A stretch of 64,000 nucleotides of DNA from Patescibacteria group bacterium (GCA_029004215.1 JAQULH010000001.1:11947-75946); one strand, 5' to 3'. Positions 27,930 to 38,300 are shown, counted from the stretch's first letter. Translations and numbers: made by a program. Notes: generated from the sequence alone by a model not told the origin.

Positions 27930-27948
27930 CCCCCTTTATTAAAGGGGG
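27930..27948 (-). terminator. hairpin after the DHH phosphoesterase gene
   Basis: CCCCCTTT-ATT-AAAGGGGG palindrome, 15 nt downstream of the stop at 27963. Confidence 0.45.
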
Positions 27949-27962
27949 AAGCGAAGGGGGAA

Positions 27963-28928
27963 TTAAACTATCTTAACTCCCTTTTCAGTCTCAACTATTT
28001 GCCCGGGTATCGTGAAGCCAGAGGCGAGTTTGTGCCCGCCGCCGCCAAAAAGCTTGGCGATTTTTGAGACGTCTGTCCTGACCGAGCGGAGAGAGCCCTT
28101 GATGGTATTTTCATTGGCTTGGGTCAAGACCATAATGGTTTCAGCCCCGCCGCAAATGGTGTTCAAAAAATTAATCAGGCCTTCGGTTGCTCCGGCATTG
28201 GTATCAGCCTTGGCCAAATCCTCTTGCTTTAGATAAGTCGTGGCCAAGTTTAACTTAGGGTTGTGTTTGAGCCTGGTCAGAGCTTTTCCCCAGAGATTAA
28301 GGGTTTTAGCATCCTTGTTTTTAAACATGGCTTTGGCCACTTCAGAGGAGCGTGCGCCGGCTGACAGCAGATCAGAAGTCAGCTCCATGCTATGGATGCT
28401 GGTGGCGGCGTTCGTAAAATAGGTCGTGTCGTTCATGATGCCAACCATGAGCGAAGTGGCCATAGCTGCATCGAGTTTCTGGTCATTAGCCCTTAGGAAG
28501 TCGGCCACGATTTCAGCCGTTGAACTGGCCGTCTCATCAACCAAGTTAAAATCGCCAAAGAGGTCATTGCCTTTGTGGTGGTCGATATTAATAGTCAGAT
28601 ACCCAGCTGGCAAATTTTCAACCAGCTTATGGATTCCGGCATAAGGCAGGGTGCCGCAGTCCAAGACTACCAATGCGTTGTATTGGAGATCAAATGTTTT
28701 GGGGTCAGAAGTGAAGTCGTTGAAGTGATCAAGAAAGGAAAAGTGGGGCAGGGGTTTGTCCAGGCAAAAGAGCGTCACATCCTTGCCTTGCTTTTTAAGC
28801 CAATGGGCCATAGCTGTAGTGGCCCCCAAAGTATCGCCGTCCGGTTTTTGGTGGGCTACCAAAAGCAACCGGCTCTTGCCGGCCAACAGGTCGAATAATT
28901 TATGGTGTTGCTGCCCATTCGTTTCCAT
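27963..28928 (-). CDS. DHH/DHHA1 family phosphoesterase (NrnA-like)
   Basis: DGDTLGA, NIDHH and GGGH motifs. Confidence 0.8.
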   Translation of the reverse strand: METNGQQHHKLFDLLAGKSRLLLVAHQKPDGDTLGATTAMAHWLKKQGKDVTLFCLDKPLPHFSFLDHFNDFTSDPKTFDLQYNALVVLDCGTLPYAGIHKLVENLPAGYLTINIDHHKGNDLFGDFNLVDETASSTAEIVADFLRANDQKLDAAMATSLMVGIMNDTTYFTNAATSIHSMELTSDLLSAGARSSEVAKAMFKNKDAKTLNLWGKALTRLKHNPKLNLATTYLKQEDLAKADTNAGATEGLINFLNTICGGAETIMVLTQANENTIKGSLRSVRTDVSKIAKLFGGGGHKLASGFTIPGQIVETEKGVKIV

Positions 28929-28986
28929 AAAGGATTGAACAGCTTAGCGTTAAAAAGCCTAGGCGTCAACTGTCGGGGGAAGGGAT

Positions 28987-29331
28987 CTAAAGCTCGCCTT
29001 TTTCCTTCAGCTCGTCAATGTATTTTTCCATGTTAAAAGCTTCCTCCTCAGTCTGGTCAAAGGTCCAATAGATGTTGGGCAAATGCCTGAGCCGCAGGGA
29101 TTTGGCCATCTCTTTTAAGATATCGTGGCGGTAGGTTTTTAGGGTCTCCAAGACCAACTCCTCGTCTGCTAAAGGAACCACGCTTAAAACTACCTTGGCA
29201 TTGGCCTGGTCAGGAGCCAGTTTGGCATCCACTACGGTCACAAATGATGTTCGGGGGAATTCAACCTTTTTCTTAAGGACGTCAGCCATGGCTTCCTTGA
29301 AATGTTCCGTTTTTTGTTCAATTGAGGTCAT
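28987..29331 (-). CDS. rbfA: ribosome-binding factor A
   Basis: The 114-aa C-terminal part of the 250-aa ORF has the RbfA pattern (...VTVVDAKLAPDQANAKVVLSV...). The N-terminal 136 aa is antisense of smc and is rejected. Confidence 0.75.
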   Translation of the reverse strand: MTSIEQKTEHFKEAMADVLKKKVEFPRTSFVTVVDAKLAPDQANAKVVLSVVPLADEELVLETLKTYRHDILKEMAKSLRLRHLPNIYWTFDQTEEEAFNMEKYIDELKEKGEL

Positions 29332-29422
29332 ACCAACATAACTTACAAGATGATGGTCCGGCTGGCAATGTTTTCCCCTTGCCTCGCGGGCCAGGAGGAC
29401 GTAAGCTATTTGCGTTGTTTTT

Positions 29423-31636
29423 ATGTATCTCAAGCGTTTGGAACTACAGGGATTTAAGACATTTGCCCAAAAAACGGTTTTGGTTTTTGAACCGGATGCA
29501 GGCAACCGACGAGGGTTAACGGCCGTGGTCGGCCCAAACGGGTCCGGTAAATCAAATATTGCCGATTCTTTGCGCTGGGTGATGGGTGAGCAAAGCCTCA
29601 AGCTTTTACGTGCCAAGAAATCAGAAGACGTCATCTTTTCAGGATCGGATAAAAAGCCGCGGGCCGGTTTCGCGGAAGTCAGTATGACGCTGGTCAATGA
29701 TGACCGGCAGGATTTGGATTTTTCTGAAATTTTCATCACGCGTCGGCTTTACCGTGACGGACAATCTGAATACGAGATTAACAAGCAGGCGGTCAGGCTG
29801 ACGGACGTGATAATGCTCTTGGCCCAATGCGGCATTGGCCAGCGTACTTATAGCGTCATTGGCCAGGGCATGGTGGACGACATACTTTCGGCTTCGCCGT
29901 CAGAGCGCAAGGACTTTTTTGATGAAGCTGCCGGCTTGCGGCCTTTCCAACTCAAAAGGCAAGCGAGCATCAACAAATTGGACGCGGCGCGTGAGAACTT
30001 GAAACAGACAGAAACTTTGCTCCGCGAAATCGGCCCGCGGCTGACTTCTCTTGAGCGGCAAGTCAAAAGGTTGGAGCAGCGTGAGAACCTGGAATCGGAA
30101 CTTAAAGAATTAGAAGTCCAGTACCATGGTGGCATGTGGCACCAGTTGAGAGCGGCCCTCAAAACTTCACAAGGCGCCCATCAAAAAGCCGCTGAACGCG
30201 CGGCCCAGGCCACTGCCCAAGCAGACAAACTCGAAGCCGAATTGCACGCCATGGAAAAGGCCACTCCGCCGTCAGAAGGTTTCCGTGAGTTGCGGGCCAG
30301 TCTGGAAAAGTTTTCAGAAGAACGGGTCAAATTGCGTGAACGCCAACTCAAACTCGAATCAAATCGTGAAATAGCCAAAGCGCGCGCCGAAAAGCCTTGG
30401 TCGCCATTGCCGCTTTCAAAGATAATTGGTGAAATCGAATCATTGCACAAGCGCCAGTTGGAGTTATTGGAAATGCTGGAAAACCCCAAGTCAGACCAAC
30501 TTAAGATTAAAAGTCTGGCCAGCGAGATCCATGACCAGGTGGCTGAGCTTTTGAATAAACTGCAAAGGCCGGCACCAGAGCCATCCAAGCCAGGGAATGA
30601 AGATCCTGCCGTTGCCGAGGAAGCCTCAGAGATCCTGATGGCCATGGCCAATGTCGACAAGCGCATGCATGAGGCGCAATTCGAACTGGAACAATGGAAC
30701 AAAAAAGAAGACCAAAAGCGTTCGCATATTTTTGATGTCCAACGCGAGCTTTCGGGCCGGCGGCAGGAGGTCCAAACAGCCGAGCGCCAAATGAGTGAAG
30801 CGGCCGTTGAGCTGGCACGCGTGGAAACCAGGCGAGATGCGTTTTTGCAGGAACTGCGCACCCATCGGCCTGAGCAGGAGTCATCCCTTGATGCCTTGGC
30901 TGACAAGATCCAATCCCATGAACAGCCGGATGCTTTATTGCCAAAGCTAACCAAGCTGCGGGCCCAGCTTGAGTGGATCGGGGGCATTGATCCGGAAATT
31001 TTGAAAGAACATCAGCAGACCAAGGTTCGTTACGACGAGCTTTCAACCCAAACCAATGATTTATCACAAGCCATCGGTTCATTGGAAACTATCATCAAAG
31101 AGTTGGACCAGACCATTGCTGAACGGAGCGCTGCCTCATTCCGCAGCCTTAACCACCAATTTGAGCTTTACTTCAAGCGCCTGTTTAACGGCGGCGAAGC
31201 CAAGCTGGTAGAGGTCTTCCCAGAACCTGAATACAACGAGCAGGGTGAGATGGTTAAAGAGGTTGACCCTAATGCCGGCCGGGTAGGTGTAGATATTTTG
31301 GCAACGCCTCCGGGTAAGCGCTTAAAGGCCATTGCTTTGCTTTCGGGAGGGGAGAGGGCCTTGGTTTCCATTGCCCTAATCTGTGCCATAATGGCTACCA
31401 ACCCGTCGCCTTTTGTTGTTTTGGACGAAGTTGATGCTGCTTTGGACGAATCTAACTCCAATAAGTTTGCCGAGATAATCACTACCCTGGCAGATCGCAC
31501 CCAATTCGTAATTGTGACCCATAATCGGGCAACTATGTCCTCGGCCCACATCCTGTATGGAGTTACCATGGGAGCAGATGGAGTTTCCCAGTTGCTTTCT
31601 GTTAAATTACAGGATGTGATTAAGCAGGCCAAGTAG
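29423..31636 (+). CDS. smc: SMC-type chromosome segregation ATPase, unusually short (737 aa), no recognisable hinge
   Basis: N-terminal FKTF...GPNGSGKSN, C-terminal LSGGERAL signature and Walker B VVLDEVDAALD. The middle is coiled-coil-like, broken only by a Pro-rich stretch near 30556-30615. Confidence 0.85.
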   Translation: MYLKRLELQGFKTFAQKTVLVFEPDAGNRRGLTAVVGPNGSGKSNIADSLRWVMGEQSLKLLRAKKSEDVIFSGSDKKPRAGFAEVSMTLVNDDRQDLDFSEIFITRRLYRDGQSEYEINKQAVRLTDVIMLLAQCGIGQRTYSVIGQGMVDDILSASPSERKDFFDEAAGLRPFQLKRQASINKLDAARENLKQTETLLREIGPRLTSLERQVKRLEQRENLESELKELEVQYHGGMWHQLRAALKTSQGAHQKAAERAAQATAQADKLEAELHAMEKATPPSEGFRELRASLEKFSEERVKLRERQLKLESNREIAKARAEKPWSPLPLSKIIGEIESLHKRQLELLEMLENPKSDQLKIKSLASEIHDQVAELLNKLQRPAPEPSKPGNEDPAVAEEASEILMAMANVDKRMHEAQFELEQWNKKEDQKRSHIFDVQRELSGRRQEVQTAERQMSEAAVELARVETRRDAFLQELRTHRPEQESSLDALADKIQSHEQPDALLPKLTKLRAQLEWIGGIDPEILKEHQQTKVRYDELSTQTNDLSQAIGSLETIIKELDQTIAERSAASFRSLNHQFELYFKRLFNGGEAKLVEVFPEPEYNEQGEMVKEVDPNAGRVGVDILATPPGKRLKAIALLSGGERALVSIALICAIMATNPSPFVVLDEVDAALDESNSNKFAEIITTLADRTQFVIVTHNRATMSSAHILYGVTMGADGVSQLLSVKLQDVIKQAK

Positions 31637-31753
31637 TTTTTTGCTCAATCTAGCCAATTTCTTGCCCTTGACGCTGATATTAGCGCATGTAATACTTTAA
31701 TCAGTTCCTTAAACGCCAAGTCAGCTTGGCGTAAATTTGTCATCGGTTTACCC

Positions 31754-31782
31754 TTGACATATTTCCCGGGACGTGATATAAA
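31754..31782 (+). promoter_or_regulatory. sigma70 promoter with extended -10
   Basis: TTGACA (31754-31759), 17 nt, TGATATAAA (31774-31782). Confidence 0.5.
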
Positions 31783-31789
31783 CATCAAT

Positions 31790-31996
31790 CCTGAACCGTT
31801 AGGAAAAAGGACACTATTCGACAACCCAGCCAGAGGCTTCCAGCAATCTGCATCCACGACAAGCATGGAATCTTTTCATAGGTTTAAGCTGGTCTTCGGA
31901 CTCGCTTTTCCCTACAAAAAGGTTTCTTGGGTGCGGATTGCTAGAGGTCTTTGACCAACGTCCCGCCTTCGCTAAAGCTACGGCGGGCGTTTTTGT
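31790..31996 (+). ncRNA. candidate ~200-nt structured small RNA or cis-regulatory leader (unclassified)
   Basis: A promoter lies upstream. A 13-bp long-range helix (including two G-U pairs) joins 31838-31850 and 31929-31941. A cUUCGg hairpin (GTCTTCGGAC) is present. A terminator (CCCGCC...GGCGGG plus T5) sits at 31962-31996. Confidence 0.3.
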
Positions 31997-32036
31997 TTAC
32001 AGGGTTGCCTTTTACTTATACTATTCTGTCATTGTT

Positions 32037-32243
32037 ATGCTTACTGCCAAGATTACAAAAATAGAGAACCAGCACATCACGCTAGCCTTATTGGACGGGC
32101 AGGTGCTCGTGGTACCTGAATCGTCCATCGAGGGTAAACCAGCTGAAGGCCTGTCAGTCAGCCTGCTCATGGCCGTTCCTGGATCCGAGGATGCAGCGCG
32201 CCAAAAATTGGCCAAGGACATTCTCAATGAACTTATCTCTTAG
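32037..32243 (+). CDS. small hypothetical protein (DUF3006-like pattern)
   Basis: 68 aa from ATG 32037: ITKIENQHITLALLDGQVLVVPESSIEG... The family assignment is weak. Confidence 0.4.
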   Translation: MLTAKITKIENQHITLALLDGQVLVVPESSIEGKPAEGLSVSLLMAVPGSEDAARQKLAKDILNELIS

Positions 32244-32288
32244 GTCTCTTAAAAATTCGTTACTCGTTACTATTTACTCGTTACCGGT

Positions 32289-34121
32289 ATGCCATCATCC
32301 GAAGCCAAGAAAACAAAGAAAACTATCGTCAAATCAACTCTAGTTTGGTTTGGCATTACCCTGGGAGTCATTGTCCTGTTAGGTGCAGTCTTGGGTGGCG
32401 GGGTTTTTGCTTATACCCGGATGTATAGCAACCGCATTTATCCCGGAGTGCGCGTCTTGGGCGTTAGGCTTGATGGCCTGAGCAAGGAGGAAGCTAGGCG
32501 GCAATTAGACAAAGCAGTTGATGCCTCTTTGGAAAAAGGTTTGGTTTTTGTTTTAGATAGCAAGCAAGAAACTATCCAAGTCTCATCTGACAGCGACTTG
32601 CCTGATTTGATCCGCTTTGATCTGGATAAGGCAATAGACGATGCTTATAATGTCGGTCGCGAGAATGCCATACCTAAAATTGCAGTTGAAATTTTGGCGG
32701 CTCGAATCCGTCCTAAACAAGTGGCCGTAAATATCGACATTGACCAGGATCGCATTAAAGAGGCTCTTAACCTCCAATTTGCAACTAAACTGCCCGAACC
32801 TGTAGATGCGACTTTTTCCATTGATGCTAAATCCGGAACAGAGCCAATGGTTCGTGTTTTGCCTGAAAAAGAAGGCAAGACTTTGGATTTAGCCGGAGTT
32901 TTCGAAAAGCTCCGCCAGCAAGCCGCCATCCTGGCTTTCCAGCCCATAACTTTACATGTCACCAAGCTGGCAGCCCAAAGAAAGTCGGCAGATCTCCAAC
33001 CCTTGGTAGATAAGGCAGAAGAGATGCTGAACAGGCCTTCCTTAAAGTTCACGTATGATGGGAAAAGTTACAAGATCCCCACCTCCACTTTAGCGACTTG
33101 GATTATCGCTGATCCAAGAAGTGATTCTGTAACAATAGACAGCTCAGCTTTTGCTACCAGCATAAGGGACATTGTCAAAGGAGTTGAATCGGAGAGTAAG
33201 AATGGCAACCTCGAAGTCAAAGACGGCAAGATAGTCACCTTTACGGCTTCCACAGTCGGCAAAAAAATCAATATTGATAAGACTTTGGGGCCAGTCCTGA
33301 ATTCTTGGCCGCCTTCTTCCACTTTCCCCTTGATCGTCGAAGAGGAGAGGGGGGCGATTACAGGCAATGATTTAGACCAGTTTGGCGTCAAAGAACTGAT
33401 TGGAGTGGGCGTATCTAATTTTGGCAATTCCCCGCCCAATCGCATTAGAAATATCAAGAAAGCGGTTTATGAAAGGGTTAATGGCACATTGATTGCTCCC
33501 GATGAGGAGTTCTCAATGCTAAAGACTTTGGGGCCGGTGGACGGAGCTCACGGCTGGTTGCCTGAACTTGTCATTAAAGGCGACAAGACAATGCCCGAAT
33601 TCGGCGGCGGCTTGTGCCAGATTGGTACGACCATGTTCAGGGCCGCTTTGGCTACAGGCTTGCCTGTCACGGAAAGACGGAATCATTCTTATCGCGTCAG
33701 TTATTATGAGCCGGCCGGAACAGATGCCACGATTTATGAGCCTTCGCCAGATCTGAAATTCAAAAATGATACGGGCAAGTACATCATCCTCAATGCCTAT
33801 ATCAAGGGCACGCAGGTCTACTTTGAAATGTGGGGGACTAAGGATGGCCGAAAAGTCACCCAGACCAAGCCCAGGATTTACAATATCGTGCCCGCCCCTC
33901 CCACCAAGTTGACGGAAACCGAAGATCTGGCTCCCGGCAAGAAAAAATGTTCCGAATCCGCCCATGCAGGCGCTGATGCCGAGTTCTCCACGACTGTTGA
34001 ATACGCTGATGGCCGCAAACGTGAGGAGACTTTTTCCAGCCATTATCGCCCTTGGCAAGCAGTTTGCCTGATCGGTGTTGCCAAAGGTACTCTCGGAACA
34101 GCTACAAGCACAACGCCATAA
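32289..34121 (+). CDS. VanW/YoaR family protein with N-terminal TM anchor
   Basis: VanW core GGGLCQIGTTMFRAALATGLPVTERRNHSYRVSYY. Confidence 0.85.
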   Translation: MPSSEAKKTKKTIVKSTLVWFGITLGVIVLLGAVLGGGVFAYTRMYSNRIYPGVRVLGVRLDGLSKEEARRQLDKAVDASLEKGLVFVLDSKQETIQVSSDSDLPDLIRFDLDKAIDDAYNVGRENAIPKIAVEILAARIRPKQVAVNIDIDQDRIKEALNLQFATKLPEPVDATFSIDAKSGTEPMVRVLPEKEGKTLDLAGVFEKLRQQAAILAFQPITLHVTKLAAQRKSADLQPLVDKAEEMLNRPSLKFTYDGKSYKIPTSTLATWIIADPRSDSVTIDSSAFATSIRDIVKGVESESKNGNLEVKDGKIVTFTASTVGKKINIDKTLGPVLNSWPPSSTFPLIVEEERGAITGNDLDQFGVKELIGVGVSNFGNSPPNRIRNIKKAVYERVNGTLIAPDEEFSMLKTLGPVDGAHGWLPELVIKGDKTMPEFGGGLCQIGTTMFRAALATGLPVTERRNHSYRVSYYEPAGTDATIYEPSPDLKFKNDTGKYIILNAYIKGTQVYFEMWGTKDGRKVTQTKPRIYNIVPAPPTKLTETEDLAPGKKKCSESAHAGADAEFSTTVEYADGRKREETFSSHYRPWQAVCLIGVAKGTLGTATSTTP

Positions 34122-34146
34122 ACAAATTGTGTTATAATTCCACCGT

Positions 34147-34512
34147 ATGCATCAAGACCTGCAGTCAAATTGGTTGTCTTCCGAAGAAGAAGGCCAACTT
34201 TCGGTAGACGTCTTCCGAGACGGGGATATGCTGGTGATTCGCTCATTGGTAGCCGGGGTAGCGCCGGATGATTTGGATGTTTCCATCAGCAGCGACCTCT
34301 TGACCATCCGGGGTAAGCGCAAAAATGAAAAGAAAGTCGGTTCAGATGATTGGTTTTACCAGGAGTGCTATTGGGGTGCTTTTAGCCGTTCAATAGTCTT
34401 ACCTTGCCATGTGGCAGCCGATCATGCAGAAGCCCAGCTCAAAAACGGCTTGCTTGAAGTCAGGATTCCCATCCGTTCGGATGGCAGGCAGGTAAAAGTC
34501 AAATGGGGGTAG
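34147..34512 (+). CDS. Hsp20/alpha-crystallin family small heat-shock protein
   Basis: Alpha-crystallin domain ...LTIRGKR...FSRSIVLP...AQLKNGLLEVRIP. Extended -10 TGTTATAAT (34130-34138) lies 8 nt before the ATG. Confidence 0.9.
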   Translation: MHQDLQSNWLSSEEEGQLSVDVFRDGDMLVIRSLVAGVAPDDLDVSISSDLLTIRGKRKNEKKVGSDDWFYQECYWGAFSRSIVLPCHVAADHAEAQLKNGLLEVRIPIRSDGRQVKVKWG

Positions 34513-34534
34513 GGAACCAGGAAAATTTGTCCCC

Positions 34535-34562
34535 AACCGGCTGTTTTGGCCGGTTCTTTTTT
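34535..34562 (+). terminator. intrinsic terminator after hsp20
   Basis: AACCGGC-loop-GCCGGTT followed by CTTTTTT. Confidence 0.65.
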
Positions 34563-34572
34563 GCGCTCAACC

Positions 34573-35382
34573 ATGATATTCTATTATGGCCTTATGCAGG
34601 AGGAATCCAAAGGTTTGAAATTGGCAATAAAGCAACATTGGAACCAACTGAACAAGAAGCAAAAAAGCTTTTTTGTAGTATTTGTTTTGTGCGCGATAGC
34701 GGCCTTGGTTTTTTCATACTCAAGTGTTCGTGAAGGTATCAATGCGCCTTGGCGAGTTTCCATAAAAGATTTGGAAAAGAACAAAAGCATGCTCAAGGAT
34801 TCGGATAAAGATAAGGAGAACTACCAAAAGCGGACTGATACTGACGGTGATGGATTATCGGATTGGGATGAAGAGCATCTTTACCACAGCTCGCCTTACC
34901 TTTGGAGTACGGCTGGCGACGGAATGCCTGACAATGTGAAAATCGCCATGGGCGAGAATCCATTATGCAAGCATGGCGAGCCTTGTACGGTGGAGGCAAT
35001 GAGTTTTAATCTGCCGACCACGACTTATCCTGGTAGCAGTATGCTGGACAATAGTGTCAAAGATGATTTGGGGAATATCATGATGGGCGATAGCCAAGCG
35101 GGGCAAAATTTTAGGCAGGCAGCGAGCGAGGCTGGAGTTGATATGAGTTTGGATAGCGCGATCCCGCGCGATCCGGCACTCTTGCGACAGGCCTTATTGC
35201 AGACCGGCCAGGTTACCCAGGCTGACCTGGATAAGATTTCTGACCAGCAACTTTTACAATATTTTGATGAAGCCAAAGTTGAGCTTTTGAAGAGTAATCC
35301 GAATTTAGCCGCTACCTCGACCACAACAGGAGCCAAGAAAAGTAATACAACCAGCAACCCGGCTGCTGAATTGCCGAATTGA
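34573..35382 (+). CDS. single-TM protein with a thrombospondin-type-3-like Ca-binding repeat
   Basis: TM segment FFVVFVLCAIAALVFSY. DTDGDGLSDWDEE at about 34834-34875. The start is ambiguous (34573 or 34594). Its stop is 2 nt before the giant-gene ATG. Confidence 0.6.
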   Translation: MIFYYGLMQEESKGLKLAIKQHWNQLNKKQKSFFVVFVLCAIAALVFSYSSVREGINAPWRVSIKDLEKNKSMLKDSDKDKENYQKRTDTDGDGLSDWDEEHLYHSSPYLWSTAGDGMPDNVKIAMGENPLCKHGEPCTVEAMSFNLPTTTYPGSSMLDNSVKDDLGNIMMGDSQAGQNFRQAASEAGVDMSLDSAIPRDPALLRQALLQTGQVTQADLDKISDQQLLQYFDEAKVELLKSNPNLAATSTTTGAKKSNTTSNPAAELPN

Positions 35383-35384
35383 TT

Positions 35385-38300
35385 ATGCAAAAGAACGGCT
35401 TTGAAGCAGCAAAGAAAATAATTGTCAGCTTGGTTATCCTGGCAATGTTTGGAGCTTTGGTCGCTCCGTTCAGCCAAGTCTTTGCACAAGCCGGAGCCGT
35501 GCAAGATCCGGGTGAATCGCCACCAGTGGATGCGAATCCTTTAACTTGCAGTGAGCAATATGCCGCGCAGTTAATAGAATATCCAACGCACATGTTGAGC
35601 ATGGGCACCGGGCAATTGGTAATGAGCGACACGTTGGCCACCCTTAAAAAGGACTATATGGAATGCGTGGCCACTAAAACAGCCAAGCAAAAGGATTGGT
35701 GGTACCGTCGGGGTTTATATCTGAAAAATCAATGGGGCACGCGGGTTTTGACGTCCATCTTTGGAGGCTTGGTTGATGCCATGGCCATGATCTCCCAGCG
35801 TATCGCTTATGAAGCGGCCGCTGATTTGCTTTATGGCAACCCTGGCAATGAGCCAAGGTTTTGGAATTCATCTTTTGATACTTGGTTGGAAAATGCCGGC
35901 ATGGATGCCAGCAGCAAGTTTATTGATCGTCTGGATGTTGTCGTGGGTGACTGGACCCAAAGCACAACGGCCACTTATGACCCCAAGACTAACCAGGTCA
36001 TCCCCGGTTTTAGGTTCAGTTTTTGTAAACCGCCCAATCCATATACTTTGCGTTTGTCTTTGGGCCTGGGTGAAGTCGCGAGGCTTGGCCCGGGAGCTTG
36101 TAACTTGAAAAAAGTTGCGGAGAATTTTAAGGCTATTGGCGACTTGGTATCTTCCGGCGACGCCATCCAACTCCATCGTCCCACGGTTCAATATGGCGCC
36201 AGCGACCTGTCAGTAGGCGTGGAAACCAACTCCACATATTTTAACTATTTGATCAATAAGCGGGCCGGGCTATCTTTGAACCGGCAGGAAGACCGTGGCT
36301 TGAGGCCGGTTATGGATGTTGTGAGCGGCAAGATTAAGATTCCTACGTTGATGATGGAGCAGAGCTATAGGGATTTGAGCCCGACTAAGATGGGCTTGAG
36401 CAGTGAAGCGGAACAGCGGGGCGCTATCGTGAGCGCTTATTTCCAAGTCGGATTGGAGAACATTCCCATGCTCGCTCTGACGACATTCACGAATACTTTG
36501 ATTGTCGGTTTGTTGCACAAATGGCTCGATCCAAAGGGTGCCACTGGTCTCGACAATACAGCGACTCCGCAACAAATAACCATTACGGCTGAGAGTTTGA
36601 AGAATGCTGATGCAACCGGAGAAGCGCAAGATTTGTACGAAAGGCAGGCCTTTGCCAAAGCCTTAGGAGATTATTTGATACCGAATTTCGCATCGACTGA
36701 AGATCGAGACATTATATCTGAGTTAACAACTTGTAATACGCCGCGCAAGCGTTTCAATTGCGCCATGGACCAAGCCTTGGGCGTGGCTATCCAAGTCGGT
36801 ACCAGGGAAGGGGCGCTGACAGTCGGTCGGGCATCAGGCATCGGGGGGCAGGGTGCGACTTTTAGCCCGGCTACCCAGGCCTTGCACAGTGACTGGGAGA
36901 TGGTTCCGGAAAGCGATATTAAGAATAACACTGATCCCACCTGTGCCCAACGCGCTTATTGTGCCGGCAACCTTAAGAAAATGCGTTTGGCGCGTATCAT
37001 AACAATTGGTTGGGAAATGGCGGCCAATTCACCTTATAATACAAAGCACAACGGCAAAAATATAACTTTGGGGGAGGTTATCCGCGGTTTTTATGATTGC
37101 AATGATCAAGGCAAGCTGGATAAAGATCATCCCTGGTGCCACCTGATTGATCCCAATTGGATTTTGATGGCGCCGAAGTACCAATGTCGAGCCACTGGTT
37201 TTAGTGATGCCATACTTCCTGGCGTGGGTACGCGCTTGGAAGATTGCGGCGACATGGTAAGTTGCCTTAAGTCAAACCAAAATAATGAGTGCGTGGGCGG
37301 TTACGGATATTGCTTGGCGGAACGCCCCGCGTGGAAGTTTGAAGCCCAAGAATGCGCTGAACAATATGTAAGCTGCCGTACTTATAATTATGTCGGTGGC
37401 CAAGTCTCCTTGCTGCGCAATACGACTGACAAGGGCAATTGTTCGGAAGAAAATATGGGTTGTACCTGGTATGCTACGGAGCGTTACGTGACCAGCACGG
37501 CCTCGCCGGATAACCTTTGGGTAAGTTCAGTCACCAGCGGCCCTCGGGTTTATTTTGATCGTGGAGCGCAACCCTGCTCTTCCGAGGGTTGCACTAAAGT
37601 TTTCAGGGTCACCACTGGCCAAAGTGCTTTGAATTTGGTGCAGAACGGGTCGTTTGAAAATCTAACGACAGCTACAATCAACGATCAAACGGTCATCCAA
37701 AAAGTAAATGGCTGGCGCACCGGATCAAATTGTACATTGGATAAAGCGATATTGAGTGATGCTTATGACGGGACATATTCACTATCTTTGAGTGGACAGA
37801 CCTGTGAACCAACTAGTCAGGACATTGCGATTTACCCCGGCAGGTATTATGTCTTGAGCTATTACCTCAAAACCCAAGCCAAGGTAGGGAAAAATGTGGC
37901 TGACGTTAAGTTTTATAAACGCTTAGCCAATGGCAGTGTCCAGCAGATAAATGACAATATCACTACCTATGGAGATTGCAGTGCCTCGGGCGGTGACCTG
38001 ACTTTTAGCAAGCAGGCGACCGATTCATGGGAAAGGATCAGTTGTGAGTTCGTTTCTCCTAAAGATGTTGCTTATATAACACTGAAACTGGGTGGTACTT
38101 CGGGAGTTCTGTTTTATGATGGAGTACAACTTGAAGAGAGCGAAGTCACGACGCCTTTCATAGATGGTGTTTCTCAGGCTTTGTTGTCTGACAAGCTCAA
38201 GACGGCCTATCTCAAGATCGCACCGGATGAATATAAATGTACGGGTGACGACACGAAAGACCATCCCGGATGCAAGCGTTTTGCGCGTGTATGCCGCCAG

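Noticed and set aside
28987-29739. 250-aa version of the rbfA ORF.
   Set aside because: Only the C-terminal 114 aa look like RbfA. The N-terminal extension runs antisense through the smc start and has a shadow-ORF composition. ATG 29331 has a -10-like TAAGTT 8 nt upstream.
31640-32036. Attempt to assign the small structured RNA to SRP RNA, 6S, tmRNA or RNase P. I also looked window-wide for tRNA genes.
   Set aside because: I found no conserved signature of those RNAs, such as the RNase P GAGGAAAGTCC motif, the SRP GGAA-loop/AGCA motif, or a tRNA-like end. I saw no GGTTCGAATCC/GGTTCGATTCC-type T-loop anywhere in the window. The RNA is left unclassified.
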